Source: Antedon mediterranea (taxonomy: Eukaryota; Animalia; Echinodermata). From it: a DNA stretch of 64,000 nucleotides. Position 1 is the first letter of the stretch. Each line of letters opens with the position of its first letter. The position numbers and the translations under genes were made by a program. The stretch lies in contig NC_092673.1 in the NCBI RefSeq assembly GCF_964355755.1, forward strand, positions 13,364,948-13,428,947, in the 5' to 3' direction. Of the stretch, positions 11,262 to 24,169 are shown piece after piece. Under the pieces are notes generated by a model. It saw only the letters and a program-made list of their open reading frames with translations. It had not been told where the DNA came from and searched no databases.

Positions 11262-12027
11262 ATTAGGGTTAAGGGATGGGAAAGAGGATAGGTACAAAGA
11301 GGAACAATTTTTAAATATATTCTTTATCCACGTCAGTAACGAAATATTGTTTTCATTTTTTATAGGCCTATAAATAATATACCACTAACGGTGACTAAAT
11401 ATAGTAAAACATTTGCGATTTAATACTTTGTTAAAACTGTCACTGTCATAGTCGATTGAAATAGTGAAGTACATGTAACGATACACCACTACGACGTTTA
11501 TATTTTTTGTAATTATTAATTAATGCAAACGTTGAGAAGTAATAAAGTTTATTTGTATATTACGTGTTTATATATCTAACAGTAGAGTCTACCCATAATC
11601 ACAGTAATAAAGTTTATTTGTATATATTTTTTTACATCTAACAGTATTCACAGTAAGAAATGTTTGTATATATTTTTTTACATCTAACAGTATTCACAGT
11701 AAGAAATGTTCGATTCAAATGACGACCAAAAATGGTTAATAGGTATTTGCAGTACTGTATTGTCAAAGTATTGCAAGTTTATTCTCCAAGGGCTCATAAA
11801 TTTACCTACTTGTGTTAAACCAAACTGGCAGACTGAGAGATTGGAATGTTCCATTCATCGCAAATCAATACATTTGTAAAAACGTAAATTAAATCTATCA
11901 AAATAGTATTTTTTTAAGAAAATCGGCCTGTCTTCAACATTATGATGCTGTACTCGGGCAGTTCAACCGGTTTTCAGCTATTAAAAACAATTATCGTAGG
12001 AGGAGATAGGAAAATGCGAAGCGTCCT
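11262..12027 (+). repeat. Dispersed repeat: blocks A (11262-11752) and B (11769-12027), paralogous to 63200-64000
   Basis: attagggtt.agggatgggaaag...ggtattt.cag and tattgcaagtttattctc...gaaaatgcgaagc both recur near the window end. Confidence 0.9.
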
Positions 12028-12991
12028 AGTATTATTGTGTGCGGGTATTTTTCAAGTTGGACATCCATTAGACAGTGTATACCACGATCGGAAAACACCC
12101 CTATTTGGGGCAAATCGTTGAACCTAAATTCGTTTTAATCGTCAATAACTAATTATCTAACTCAATTTAATTAGTAAACAGGGTTACATCAGGTGGTTAA
12201 AATCAGTACCGAAAGTACGAACCAACTTTATATACCATCGAGTAAAAATTCTAGAAATAAACCGTGATTTATCGAATTTTGCCCTTACGTAAATTTATAT
12301 ATAGATACTCCTTGTTGCACACTATGTCGTGGATGACTGGGTAAAAAAATGTAGTTGACTGCAGACAATAATAAGAAAAGATAGATAAAAAAATAAAACT
12401 GGTTCAATGTCGTGGACAAGCGGAAGTTGATTATTACAGGGGTAAATTATTGTCAGGATGCAACATTGCGTCTTCCTCCAAACTGTGGAACAAATCTTTA
12501 AATTATATCATGAATGATTCCACTAAATGAGTTAAAATAACTATAGTGAGACATTTAATGAATAGGCAAACTGCTTTAAAATGTGACATGTTTTGAGAAA
12601 CTATTCTCATCATCCTCTTGGAGGGATAAGGCCTATGTCGGTTCATCCAGGTAAGCTATCATTTATAGACTACCAACATCACTATATAGGTTTGTGTAGT
12701 TTTTATGCTCGTCTTACTTGTCAGAAATTGTATATAATATCTTTTGCAATTTAAATTTAAACAACCGCATCGAAATTGGCAGATAAACTTTCGCCTTGTA
12801 GTGAAAACATTTTCCTTTTACCATATCTATCCTCATCATTTTTTTTCTACTTTACTTTTTTCCCATACACTTGCCTCTATGGGACTGAGGTGAAGCTTTA
12901 AACCTCTTTAAAATAAAGTCACTTTTGGTATATGCGAAAAAAAAATGGCAGGTGGTTGGACCATGTAACATTAAGGTATGCTTTAAACGAG

Positions 12992-13597
12992 TTGACAGTA
13001 GAACATGAAACATCCATAGACATTCCTTAGGGCATTCCATAACAGAATTACTCTTGGAAAATGTGTCCTTCCTTATATTAAGATGTGAACGTTTGAACTT
13101 AAGTTTAGATGGATGTCCCCAGGTACACGAGTCTGGATGAAATTTTAAAAACGTATCGCTCAAAATACAATCACAAACTTTAACAATTCTAAAAACTTGA
13201 ATACCGTATTTTCCGGAGTATAGGTCGAGACTTTGTGGGAAAATTTTAATTGCAAAATCGGGGGGTCGACTTATACTCCGACCATGCGATTTTTGACAGT
13301 AGAACATGAAACATCCATAGACATTCCTTAGGGCATTCCATAACAGAATTACTCTTGGAAAATGTGTCCTTCCTTATATTAAGATGTGAACGTTTGAACT
13401 TAAGTTTAGATGGATGTCCCCAGGTACACGAGTCTGGATGAAATTTTAAAAACGTATCGCTCAAAATACAATCACAAACTTTAACAATTCTAAAAACTTG
13501 AATACCGTATTTTCCGGAGTATAGGTCGAGACTTTGTGGGAAAATTTTAATTGCAAAATCGGGGGGTCGACTTATACTCCGACCATGCGATTTTTGA
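12992..13597. repeat. Perfect 301-bp tandem duplication
   Basis: 12992-13292 is repeated from 13293, with TTGA microhomology at the junction. This explains the twin ORFs 12852-13307 and 13246-13626. Confidence 0.95.
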
Positions 13598-14389
13598 AAA
13601 AAATCAGGCCGAAAAAATATGTTCAAAAGCCGTCAGCTGTCAAGGCCCAGCAAGGTCAGTGGCCTATCATCAATCATTCACAGAAGTTTTCAATTTAGTA
13701 CCTACATTGTACAAAATAATACAACTCCAACAAGTACTGGTCAATAAAATATTAATATATCACAATGACTCATTTTGATGTTAATATTACGCTTTTAAGA
13801 TAATTAAGAATAAATAGTTTTCTTTATGCTTCTTATTCACTCTCGCGAAAACATCGTAACACACAGAGGTCGGAATGTCCATGCAGCATGTTTGTTATTG
13901 CGCGATATTTTCATCTATACACATGCGCAGTTTGTTTGTTTGTTCGTAATTACAATTACTGCGCATGTCTATTCATAAAATAAATTCTCCTTAGTCGGGC
14001 GCGTGTACATTTACAGATAACGCGATTTACAACTACTCGCCTGTACAATAATAAGCTTCCTAACGGAAAATTTATTCGAGTGACGCGAAAAACATCGCTG
14101 ATGGCAAGTAACGCTACATCGCTGTCATTTATTATAGGCTGGTGAAGACGGCGGCGAAGTCGTCGTCATTACGTCCGTCCGATATTGATTAGGCCTACAC
14201 TTTAATAATATAAAAAAATAACCACATTTCATACATTTCTAGCCCTCTTTGAACTTGAAAGTAAGTTGTGTTATTAGCCGATTTTGGGGGTCGACTTATA
14301 TTCAGGTCATACCAAAATCAACGATATTCTAGGCCAAAAGTTGGGGGTCGACTTATACTTGGGGTCGACCTATACTCCAGAAAATACGG
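13505..14389. mobile_element. pogo/Tigger-type non-autonomous DNA transposon
   Basis: TIR CCGTATTTTC(C/T)GGAGTATAGGTCGA at both ends, TA TSD (13503-13504, 14390-14391), subterminal GGGGGTCGACTTATA repeats. Confidence 0.85.
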
Positions 14390-14744
14390 TAATGTCCGCT
14401 CTCAGAGTGAAGAATAAATCACTTTCTATAAAAAATTGTCAGTCTGCTTAGTCACTTCACACCTTGTGTAAGAGAGATAACATAGATGGAAGCGAATAAA
14501 CACATCTATGTATACTCTCACAGGGCATCATTTATAAGGAGCGCCTGCGCGACCGCGCTCCTCCGCGCTCCTCAACAGGCTTCGAGGAGAGCAATTTATC
14601 GCGCTCCTTAATTTTCAAAATAGAGCCTAGCTTTTGACAGTGTTGATTTTTCTGTCAAGAGGCCTAAAAACATGTGGATTTTTAAAAGTTAAAAATGTGA
14701 AAAACGCTTACAATGACAGGCCTAGACATCTAGGTCTAGGCATG

Positions 14745-15333
14745 CAGGGCTGAAAATTAACGGTCGCCAATGGCGACCTTTATTTGGTAATAAGGGCGAG
14801 TATTAATTTTGTGATGGTCGACCCGTCTGGCGACTTCTAGAAACTGCATCCACCTACCTTTTATAACCAATCTAGGCCTAGGCTAATAATATATAAGCTA
14901 AGTTATAAAGCTACAAGCCTAATGGCAGTCCCTCGTTTTTAAGGATCGCGAGCGCGATCGCAATCAACAACCTTCGATAAGGAGAGCAATTAATCGCGCT
15001 CCATCTCACAGTGCGAGGTACCAACAAAGGGAATTCCCCTGCCTGCGCGCATTCAAGGGCGAGTTTACTTCATCGCCTCATAGTGCAACCAGTACGGTGT
15101 CATAGAAACACCTCCTTTACAGGAAGATCATGTCCCAACCAATAATTTTTCTCTTTATGCTTACTACATGTTTTTATGGAACGAGTTAATAAAATATATC
15201 CCCACCCCTGTCGGGCAAAAAAAATTTGTACAAAAAATTAATAAGGGCCAGCCATTTTTAATAAGGGCGACCATCCTTCAACTTCAACTGGCCCTGCTGG
15301 CCACTATGGTTTAAAGGTTAATTTTCAGCCCTG
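14745..15333. mobile_element. hAT-like non-autonomous element
   Basis: TIR CAGGGCTGAAAATTAAC / GTTAATTTTCAGCCCTG and internal AAGGGCGA motifs. No 8-bp TSD is visible. Confidence 0.55.
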
Positions 15334-15514
15334 ATTTACTAAAATGCGTTTTGCTCAAATTGACCGCAGTCATATATAGGACGACGCCCTCAATATTTCG
15401 CTACCATGCAAAAAAGATTTTTACTGGCTTACAAAAACAAATAGCTGTGTATGACGTATCCGTTTTCGTTATCGTAGCGTTGCAAAACCTCTCTAATATC
15501 AAATTAGTAATTAC

Positions 15515-16046
15515 CTTTTTCACTTCCTGTTTACAAAGTCTTATTATAAGTTGAAACAAATAATCCCCTTCTGACATTTTCGTTCTCTTTTGAAAAGTCA
15601 ATAACGTTACCACTTCTTCTCTTCAAAGCCCAAAAGACAATTAGAACAGAAATGATTTAAAGTTACACAACATTGACCATTGTCTACAGTAAAGTTTATG
15701 TCTTTTTTATCGCTTTCTAATGCTATTTGTCTCCATTTATCTTGAAAGCATTCTTTAAAAAGTAATGTAAATTTCCAAAACTTTTCATTTACAGCACTGT
15801 GTCGAAAAGACAGTAAACAGGGCTTGTGGAAGACGGTGCCTTCTGGTCCACATTTAACAATAGGTGATATTATTGATTCATGAGGATGAAGTACAGGCAT
15901 GTCTATTTCCTCCAAAATATTTTCTAGTGATATGTTAACTGCCTTTCCTTCTTCTATTGCTCCAGGTGGTATTACCAACTTTATGTCTTCATCCTTGAGG
16001 TGAAGAGTTCCACCTTCAGAGCTCACATTTAATACCATACGTTGAT
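15515..16046 (-). pseudogene. Duplicated ZU5 exon, frameshifted copy
   Basis: Same splice sites as 17608-18140 but 532 nt instead of 533; the frame ends FEEKKW* at 15607. Confidence 0.8.
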
Positions 16047-16306
16047 CTGCAGTAATCAAAAAGTAAAAAAAAAATCAAAAGTTATATTGTTTCAATCCCT
16101 ACAATTCTTTTTCAAAATATCTTTATAGGAACTTATGGGCCTCCGTAGTGAATACTGTATACTAGATTTTGTTAAAATCATGGTTACTGCTTACTAATAC
16201 TCTTGAAGTTGACCATTTATTTAAATTTGTTTTGCACTGTTTTGTATTTTATTTTTTATTTTCAAATAAAATAAAATATAACTTTTGTCTCTCATATTTT
16301 ACCTAC

Positions 16307-16492
16307 CTTCAGGTAGCTTCTTGTAATGTGAAACGTTTGTCTTGTGAGTTTGATACTTGGTCACTTTATCATGTAGAAACCAGATAATTCCAACAAGAAG
16401 TAGCCAAATACCTATGGCAATTCTTGTTGGTAATACACAGATTGAGATTGCAAAGACTGCAACTAAAAAGCTACAGAAGATCCACCAGTGCT
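16307..16492 (-). CDS. Duplicate copy of the transmembrane exon
   Basis: Identical to 18401-18586, with AG and GT intact. Confidence 0.6.
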
Positions 16493-17167
16493 CTGAAAGA
16501 GAAATTGTTTCTACTTTTTATAGATTTCAAAGATTATACCTTGATGAGACATTTGTGGCTGTGTCTGTCTGTCCCTCCATATGAAATTATTTATTTTGTG
16601 CAATTGTGTAATTCTCTAGAATTTTGACAACCTTTACACATATTTTGTGCTTATATATAACTAGCAAGTAGCCTACTGTATACCCTAGTGTAGTTTAAAA
16701 CCTTCCCAGTTACAATTCCCATCATTTGATACAGGTACCTAATTACGCCAAGCACCAGTATCTAATACGCATTTAAGACATTACATTTGATCCAAGATGG
16801 CAGATAATATTCAAACTAAAATAAATATTGATATAAATTATAAACATTCCCCGTACAATTTAGGTACCCCATGTGTATGAATGCGTGCAGTATGCAACGT
16901 TTATAACAAACAAGCATACAAACTCGCTTTCTTATAATATAGATAATAATATAGATTCCTTATTCGTACTGCTTTATTTTCATTTATATGCCTATAATAT
17001 GTGATTTCACATCTTATCTTCACATAATGAACACATTTCTTATTTTTTTATTTCTAATTATATTATACATTTTTAAACAGAAACAAAGCTTGACTTGACA
17101 ATGACATATTCAAATTAAATTTTTAATTCTTAAAACTGAATTGTAAAAAATAGAAAGGCTTACTTAC

Positions 17168-17196
17168 CATTACAAAAATTCTGTACCCATTTCAGG
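17168..17196 (-). CDS. Duplicate copy of the 29-nt micro-exon
   Basis: Identical to 19262-19290. Confidence 0.55.
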
Positions 17197-17607
17197 CTAA
17201 AAAAAATATGTAAAATTCAAATGAGTATGTGTTTGTGTTATAAATAAATCTAACTATTTAAAGATATGGTGACATACAGCAGGTATTATAATCATTTAAA
17301 AAATCATATCGGTGAAATAATTATGACAAGGATGATTTTTTTAAATCTTCCAACCCGTTATATACTGTCATAGTGGAATATAAATGTACAGTTTCATAAA
17401 CATACTTTTGAAGCCTGTTATAAAACATATACAATTACGTAAATTCCAAAATGACAATATAAAGTTGTGTTCTATCTGTGCTTATATGACCAATTTACAC
17501 ACAAAATAATAAACCTAAACAAATACTAATAAAAAAGCTGTGTATGACGTATCCGTTTTCGTTATCGTAGCGTTGCAAAACCTCTCTAATATCAAATTAG
17601 TAATTAC

Positions 17608-18140
17608 CTTTTTCACTTCCTGTTTACAAAGTCTTATTATAAGTTGAAACAAATAATCCCCTTCTGACATTTTCGTTCTCTTTTGAAAAGTCAATAACGT
17701 TAAACACTTCTTCTCTTCAAAGCCCAAAAGACAATTAGAACAGAAATGATTTAAAGTTACACAACATTGACCATTGTCTACAGTAAAGTTTATGTCTTTT
17801 TTATCGCTTTCTAATGCTATTTGTCTCCATTTATCTTGAAAGCATTCTTTAAAAAGTAATGTAAATTTCCAAAACTCTTCATTTACAGCACTGTGTCGAA
17901 AAGACAGTAAACAGGGCTTGTGGAAGACGGTGCCTTCTTGTCCACATTTAACAATAGGTGATATTATTGATTCATGAGGATGAAGTACAGGCATGTCTAT
18001 TTCCTCCAAAATATTTTCTAGTGATATGTTAACTGCCTTTCCTTCTTCTATTGCTCCAGGTGGTATTACCAACTTTATGTCTTCATCCTTGAGGTGAAGA
18101 GTTCCACCTTCAGAGCTCACATTTAATACCATACGTTGAT
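17608..18140 (-). CDS. ZU5-domain exon (plus start of a UPA-like region) of an UNC5CL-like membrane protein
   Basis: EGGTLHL...KLVIPPGAI...IISPIVKCG.EG..FHKP..L.F.H...W...HFC is a typical ZU5 domain. Acceptor ttttgattactgcag, donor AAG|GTAATT, phase 1 to 0. Confidence 0.88.
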
Positions 18141-18400
18141 CTGCAGTAATCAAAAAGTAAAAAAAAAATCAAAAGTTATATTGTTTCAATCCCTACAATT
18201 CTTTTTCAAAATATCTTTATAGGAACTTATGGGCCTCCGTAGTGAATACTGTATACTAGATTTTGTTAAAATCATGGTTACTGCTTACTAATACTCTTGA
18301 AGTTGACCATTTATTTAAATTTGTTTTGCACTGTTTTGTATTTTATTTTTTATTTTCAAATAAAATAAAATATAACTTTTGTCTCTCATATTTTACCTAC

Positions 18401-18586
18401 CTTCAGGTAGCTTCTTGTAATGTGAAACGTTTGTCTTGTGAGTTTGATACTTGGTCACTTTATCATGTAGAAACCAGATAATTCCAACAAGAAGTAGCCA
18501 AATACCTATGGCAATTCTTGTTGGTAATACACAGATTGAGATTGCAAAGACTGCAACTAAAAAGCTACAGAAGATCCACCAGTGCT
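18401..18586 (-). CDS. Transmembrane exon (EHWWIFCSFLVAVFAISICVLPTRIAIGIWLLLVGIIWFLHDKVTKYQTHKTNVSHYKKLPE)
   Basis: Acceptor tttctctttcag, donor GAAG|GTAGGT, 186 nt open, phase 1-1, in frame with the ZU5 exon. Two hydrophobic stretches. Not in the ORF track. Confidence 0.8.
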
Positions 18587-19261
18587 CTGAAAGAGAAATT
18601 GTTTCTACTTTTTATAGATTTCAAAGATTATACCTTGATGAGACATTTGTGGCTGTGTCTGTCTGTCCCTCCATATGAAATTATTTATTTTGTGCAATTG
18701 TGTAATTCTCTAGAATTTTGACAACCTTTACACATATTTTGTGCTTATATATAACTAGCAAGTAGCCTACTGTATACCCTAGTGTAGTTTAAAACCTTCC
18801 CAGTTACAATTCCCATCATTTGATACAGGTACCTAATTACGCCAAGCACCAGTATCTAATACGCATTTAAGACATTACATTTGATCCAAGATGGCAGATA
18901 ATATTCAAACTAAAATAAATATTGATATAAATTATAAACATTCCCCGTACAATTTAGGTACCCCATGTGTATGAATGCGTGCAGTATGCAACGTTTATAA
19001 CAAACAAGCATACAAACTCGCTTTCTTATAATATAGATAATAATATAGATTCCTTATTCGTACTGCTTTATTTTCATTTATATGCCTATAATATGTGATT
19101 TCACATCTTATCTTCACATAATGAACACATTTCTTATTTTTTTATTTCTAATTATATTATACATTTTTAAACAGAAACAAAGCTTGACTTGACAATGACA
19201 TATTCAAATTAAATTTTTAATTCTTAAAACTGAATTGTAAAAAATAGAAAGGCTTACTTAC

Positions 19262-19290
19262 CATTACAAAAATTCTGTACCCATTTCAGG
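19262..19290 (-). CDS. 29-nt micro-exon (LKWVQNFCN)
   Basis: Acceptor ttttttttag, donor ATG|GTAAGT; phase 2 to 1 matches both neighbours. Confidence 0.75.
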
Positions 19291-19646
19291 CTAAAAAAAA
19301 TATGTAAAATTCAAATGAGTATGTGTTTGTGTTATAAATAAATCTAACTATTTAAAGATATGGTGACATACAGCAGGTATTATAATCATTTAAAAAATCA
19401 TATCGGTGAAATAATTATGACAAGGATGATTTTTTTAAATCTTCCAACCCGTTATATACTGTCATAGTGGAATATAAATGTACAGTTTCATAAACATACT
19501 TTTGAAGCCTGTTATAAAACATATACAATTACGTAAATTCCAAAATGACAATATAAAGTTGTGTTCTATCTGTGCTTATATGACCAATTTACACACAAAA
19601 TAATAAACCTAAACAAATACTAATAAAAAAGTTCAGAAATACTTAC

Positions 19647-19683
19647 ATCCATGAGACATGAGTCTGTGGTTTATGGTTCAAAT
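19647..19683 (-). CDS. 37-nt micro-exon (DLNHKPQTHVSWI)
   Basis: Acceptor cttatttcag, donor GAT|GTAAGT; phase 1 to 2, in frame with the next micro-exon. Confidence 0.72.
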
Positions 19684-21079
19684 CTGAAATAAGAATGAAC
19701 ATCAATATAAACAAATGTTACTAACTCACTTTGGACAAATTTGCACAAAAGCAACAGGCATGCATGTTAAAATGAGTGCAGCAAATTGATTATACCATTC
19801 TTATGACATGAAGTAAATATGTTCACAGTGCTGGAATGTGTTATTTTGTGTCATCATACAGTAGTAATCTATATACAGTATTTGCAGGATACATTGTATA
19901 CAGTGTAGCATAGAGGAAATTACAGGACCCACTTATTCTAAATATTAACATGATGAAGTCATCAAAATGAAACAAGAAAATAGAAATTTTGGAAGATAAT
20001 TGTGTCAAACCGCAAATAAATAATGCAAACCACAAAAATCAACAATAACACCTTAAGAAATCAACACAATTTTGTAAAATATTTGTTACAAAATATTCTT
20101 CAAATATCCGCAAATTGTGGAAAAAAAACTCAAACTGTAAAAGCAGCAAAAACTAGTAAATGTTTTTCATGGTGATGATTATCAATTTAATTAAAATAGT
20201 TCCCTGGTTCTAAAGTATAGACCAATCAAGATTGGTTAATCAAAGTCTAATGGCTGAAAAAAAAGCAAGTTTCCAATATAGAAATATACAGTATATATAT
20301 TTAAAAAAATGTGGCCAAACAGGAAACAACCATGTGCCAATGGCCTAACAGATATTTGGGAACCTCTTGGGATAATTAATAAGCATAAGTTAGTTATTGT
20401 AACTATTGTTAATGTTAATCATATTGTTTTAAGATTATGAATATACTGTACATTTGTGAAACATTATAACAACTTTCTATAATCAGCATTAAAAACAACT
20501 ATAGTACAACAAAACTACCCACTTCCTTTATTTTATTTTTTTTTGTAATTTTAAAATTTTTTTTTAATACAGTATGCCATTTCAATGTTTTGTTACATAT
20601 TATTAGTTATCCACCTTGACAAAAATTGTCATTGGATCTAAAAATTGATTTACCTGAAAAAAAAAGTTTGGGGGACAATACATCTATAAAATATGATACT
20701 AATTATTAATGTTGAAATAATATCATTCTCATTAACATCATCTTGTTCATAATATCTTTATAAGATTGCTATAGACTAAATTATATAAGTACATACATTT
20801 ATTCAATATTCAACAGTTTACATAGTTTATGGGTTAAGATACACAGAAGCCAAAGTGGCTTGTCTTTGTAGTCCTAAGCATAAACATAAAACATATACGG
20901 ACGCATTACATTAACAAAAAAATGACATTTTAAGACAGAAAAAAACAAAACAAAGTGAGATTAAGCAAAATATTTACAGCTCCAATTTTGCAGTAGCAAT
21001 AGTAGCTAGCAATATGTTTCAAATATCATCTTTTTAATATTGTACTTTAGGATAGGGAGCGAGGTCATGTGATTGTAAG

Positions 21080-22105
21080 TCAATCAATCAATCAATAAAT
21101 TTATTTCTCAAATAAAAACAAAATACAGTTATATTTTCTAGAAATAATAGATAATAAATGAGAAAAAGGGTACCCCACTGGAAGCTTAAGCTTTAAAATG
21201 TGGGGTCCAGGCAACATATTTAAAAATAAGGTACAGTAAGGTAAGAAATATATATAATTATATGATAATGAACAAAAAAAAGACATTTAACTTAACAAAT
21301 GCAGTTATAATTTAACTTAAGACAGATATATATTAGCTTAAACAATAATAGTAGAAATAAGGTATTCATGTAATTTGAACTTAAATGAAGATATAAAATT
21401 AATAATTTTGAGTTCTTCAGGTAAAGAATTCCATATTTTTGGTCCTTGAAAAGTTATATCATGCTTGCCAACCTCCGTATTAAAACAATCATAAGCATAA
21501 TCTAATTTATTTCTGGTATTATAATTATGAACTGAACTAAAAGTTTGAAAATAATAAGTATCAACAATTCTGGGCAGTTGATTATGTTTGAATTTAAACA
21601 TAAATAAAGCAACATTTTTTGTAAGTAAGTCGTAAATATTAAGTGTATTAGATAAGACAAAAAGAGGAGCAGAATGGTGGAGGTAATGTACATTATAAAC
21701 TGATCTTAAAGCTCTTTTTAACAAAATATAAATACGGTTTAAATTAGTAAAAACCCCAAACGGTTATACCATAAATTAAATGTGGCAAAAAAAGTGATTT
21801 ATAAATTAATAGTAATACGGAAGAAGGCAAGGCATGTTTAAGTTTATTGAGGACACCGACCACTCTTGATAGTTTTAATGAAATTGTATTAATATGAGAA
21901 CTAAAAGATAAGTATTCGTCAATAAAAATGCCAAGAAATGTTGTTGCTTTTGTTCTTTCAATTTCTCTGATGCCGTAATATAATTTAGGACTGTTGGGGG
22001 GGATTAGTTTATTTACTGAACGAAAAATAATAAATTTGTTTTTTTTAAATATTTAACGAAAGCTTATTAGATTAAACCAGTTTGCAATTTTAGTAAGTTC
22101 AAGTA
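21080..22105 (-). mobile_element. CR1/L2-superfamily LINE 3' fragment
   Basis: TTFLGIFIDEYLSF...IYKSLFLPHLIYG...KRALR...HSAPLF...GPKIWNSLP; ends in AATAAA plus a (TTGA)n tail at 21080-21105. Confidence 0.85.
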
Positions 22106-22239
22106 AATGCTTAAATGAGTAATAATTGGTCACAAGTGTATACAGGCAGATTTATACAAATTAAAACGTAAAGGAATCTGTCCTGGCCAGGTTATCAAAC
22201 AGAACACATAGCTTTCCTAGATCAAATAGAAAGGTTTGG

Positions 22240-24165
22240 CGGCCGATACGATTATGCCCTACCCCAACACGTTTGATTTTCCATTAGCCAATTTCCTTCC
22301 ACAAAATTTCATTAGGATATACGTGACTGGTAGTACCAAAACGGTACCATCTGTGGCATCCGATAGTCTGTCGATAAGGGCAGTAGCGGAGACCGCATTG
22401 GTAGAGTACTGTAGTAGGAAAGGAGATGGAATAGAAGACTGTTATTAAAACCTAATAATAATAACCACCGGTTTATTCTAGTATTATTTTATTGCTCTCT
22501 ACCATAATTGGCGACGAGTATCATTAACGAACCCAGATAACACTTGCTCAGGGGTTAAACTCTAAGCCAAAATTTAAAAAATACCCGGAAAGGCCTGATG
22601 ATAGTTATACCAACACTAAGAGATGTTACAGGTGTGGATCTATGGTACTAAACATTTAGCAAACTCTACAGACTGTGAGGCTAAGCATTATGGTCTGAGA
22701 GGGCATTTTGCTAGTGTATACCGTGGACGAAATTCATCAGTTAAAAAACTAGAGTTTGCAAGTACAAACTGCAATAAAGTGATTCAGAAAATGATGTTTT
22801 GTGTACAATGGCTACCTCAAGGAAGAAGTCTGTTATGGTGTCTTTCAAAATAAACTCTATTGATATGCAACTTATGTTTGATACAGCATCACATCCTTAC
22901 TGTCTCTTAAATTATTTGATAAACATTTTGCTAGAAACAAATTAGGCAAATGCGTAACTCAAATTAAAAGTTACACAACACATAAGATAAATACGGGTAG
23001 GCTGTTTTAATGCTAAGGTTAAATTCAATACAGAATGTGCTACACTTTATGTGATTGAAAAAGGCAATATTTTAACAGGTAAAGACTTAATTCAAGCCCT
23101 TGGTATCAATATTGAAGGCAGCACACTTTCATGTTATGAGACTACTTTTAATGATGTACAATCACAGTTTCCATGTTTAGGTAAAGTTTTAAAGTTTTAC
23201 ACATAAGGTCAAAGTTTGTCCTGATATAAAACCTGTGAAACAAAAACTACGTAAACTTCCATTTACGGTGCGGCAAGCAGTTTCTGAAGAATTACAGTGG
23301 TTTCTGAAGGCATCATTGAAAAAGTTGATTCTTCTGAGTGGGTGTCGCCTATAGTAGTAGCGTGGAAAAAAACAGTAACATCAGAATATGTGTCGATTTA
23401 TGGAAACCGAATGAAGCTATAGTGGAAGAGCTAATAAGTGAGACCCAAGGGGCAACTCATTTTTCTAAATTAGTCTGCTTACCACCAGCTCGAGTTGGAT
23501 TCTGATAGTTGGGACCTTACAGCATTCATAACACATGATGGTGTTTTTCGTTTTTGTACAGTTTATTTTGGCTCATCATCAGCTCCGTCTTGTTTTCAAA
23601 AGATGATGTCAACACACCCAAGTAATGAGTTAAAGGTGTTGTCACAATCAATACCAGTGGCTATGGCCTTAGTGCGGTATTTACCCAAAAAACATGCGAT
23701 GGTAAACAAGTTACAGTTGCATGTGCATCTAGAACATTAACGGGTCCTGAATGTAATTATTTGGTAGGGAACGCGAAGCACTTGCCTATGTGTGGGTGGT
23801 AAAAAAATGGTATACTTACCTGTAGGGGAGACACTTTTACTCTACGCACACACCACCAGCCGTTAGTAACTCTATTTCTTCGAAAGGTACAGGTTGTACA
23901 CCAATGCGTATTGCGTGATGGAATGCACGTTTGCTTCATTATAAATATAATGTGGAATACAAACCGGGTGCACAAAATAAAATTGCAGACTCCCTTTCGC
24001 GATTACCAATACAAATTTCCGATTCGGCTATAAATAAGGATGATGAAGATGCGGTTTGTGACATTAGCCACTACGCAAACAGAATTTAGGATGAGTTAGC
24101 TACTCACAATGGGATTATATTTAGGGGTCAGCGTGTCGTTGTACCTTCAATACTTGCATTAAAAT
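22240..24165 (+). mobile_element. Gypsy (Mag/K02A2.6-like) LTR retrotransposon relic
   Basis: PBS TGGCGACGAG at about 22509 (complementary to the tRNA-Ser 3' end). Gag knuckle CYRCGS...GHFA, protease FDTA, RT EWVSPIVV...SAYHQLEL...TAFITHDG.FRF...FG.SSAP..FQK, RNase H GRHFTLRTHHQPL, integrase-proximal IFRGQRVVVP. Many frameshifts and deletions. Confidence 0.85.
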
Positions 24166-24169
24166 ATAT

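Larger units (their letters stand above)
12860..14420 (-). mobile_element. CR1-type LINE 3' fragment interrupted by a MITE and a tandem duplication
   Basis: Joining across the MITE gives LRADIIQVFRIVK...GHPSKLKFKRSHLNIRKDTFS, a CR1 C-terminal signature. Confidence 0.65.
15443..19631. repeat. Near-identical tandem duplication of about 2.09 kb (15443-17535 and 17536-19631)
   Basis: Copies are identical except for a few sites in the ZU5 exon (K/E, P/Q and a net 1-bp indel near 15609/17702). AG microhomology at the junction. Confidence 0.95.

Noticed and set aside
12852-13626. 151-aa and 126-aa ORFs as genes
   Set aside because: Chance fusions of a MITE end and a CR1 tail, repeated by the 301-bp duplication.
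16169-18721. Plus-strand ORFs of 67-75 aa occurring twice
   Set aside because: Antisense to the transmembrane exon and introns; duplicated only because of the tandem duplication.
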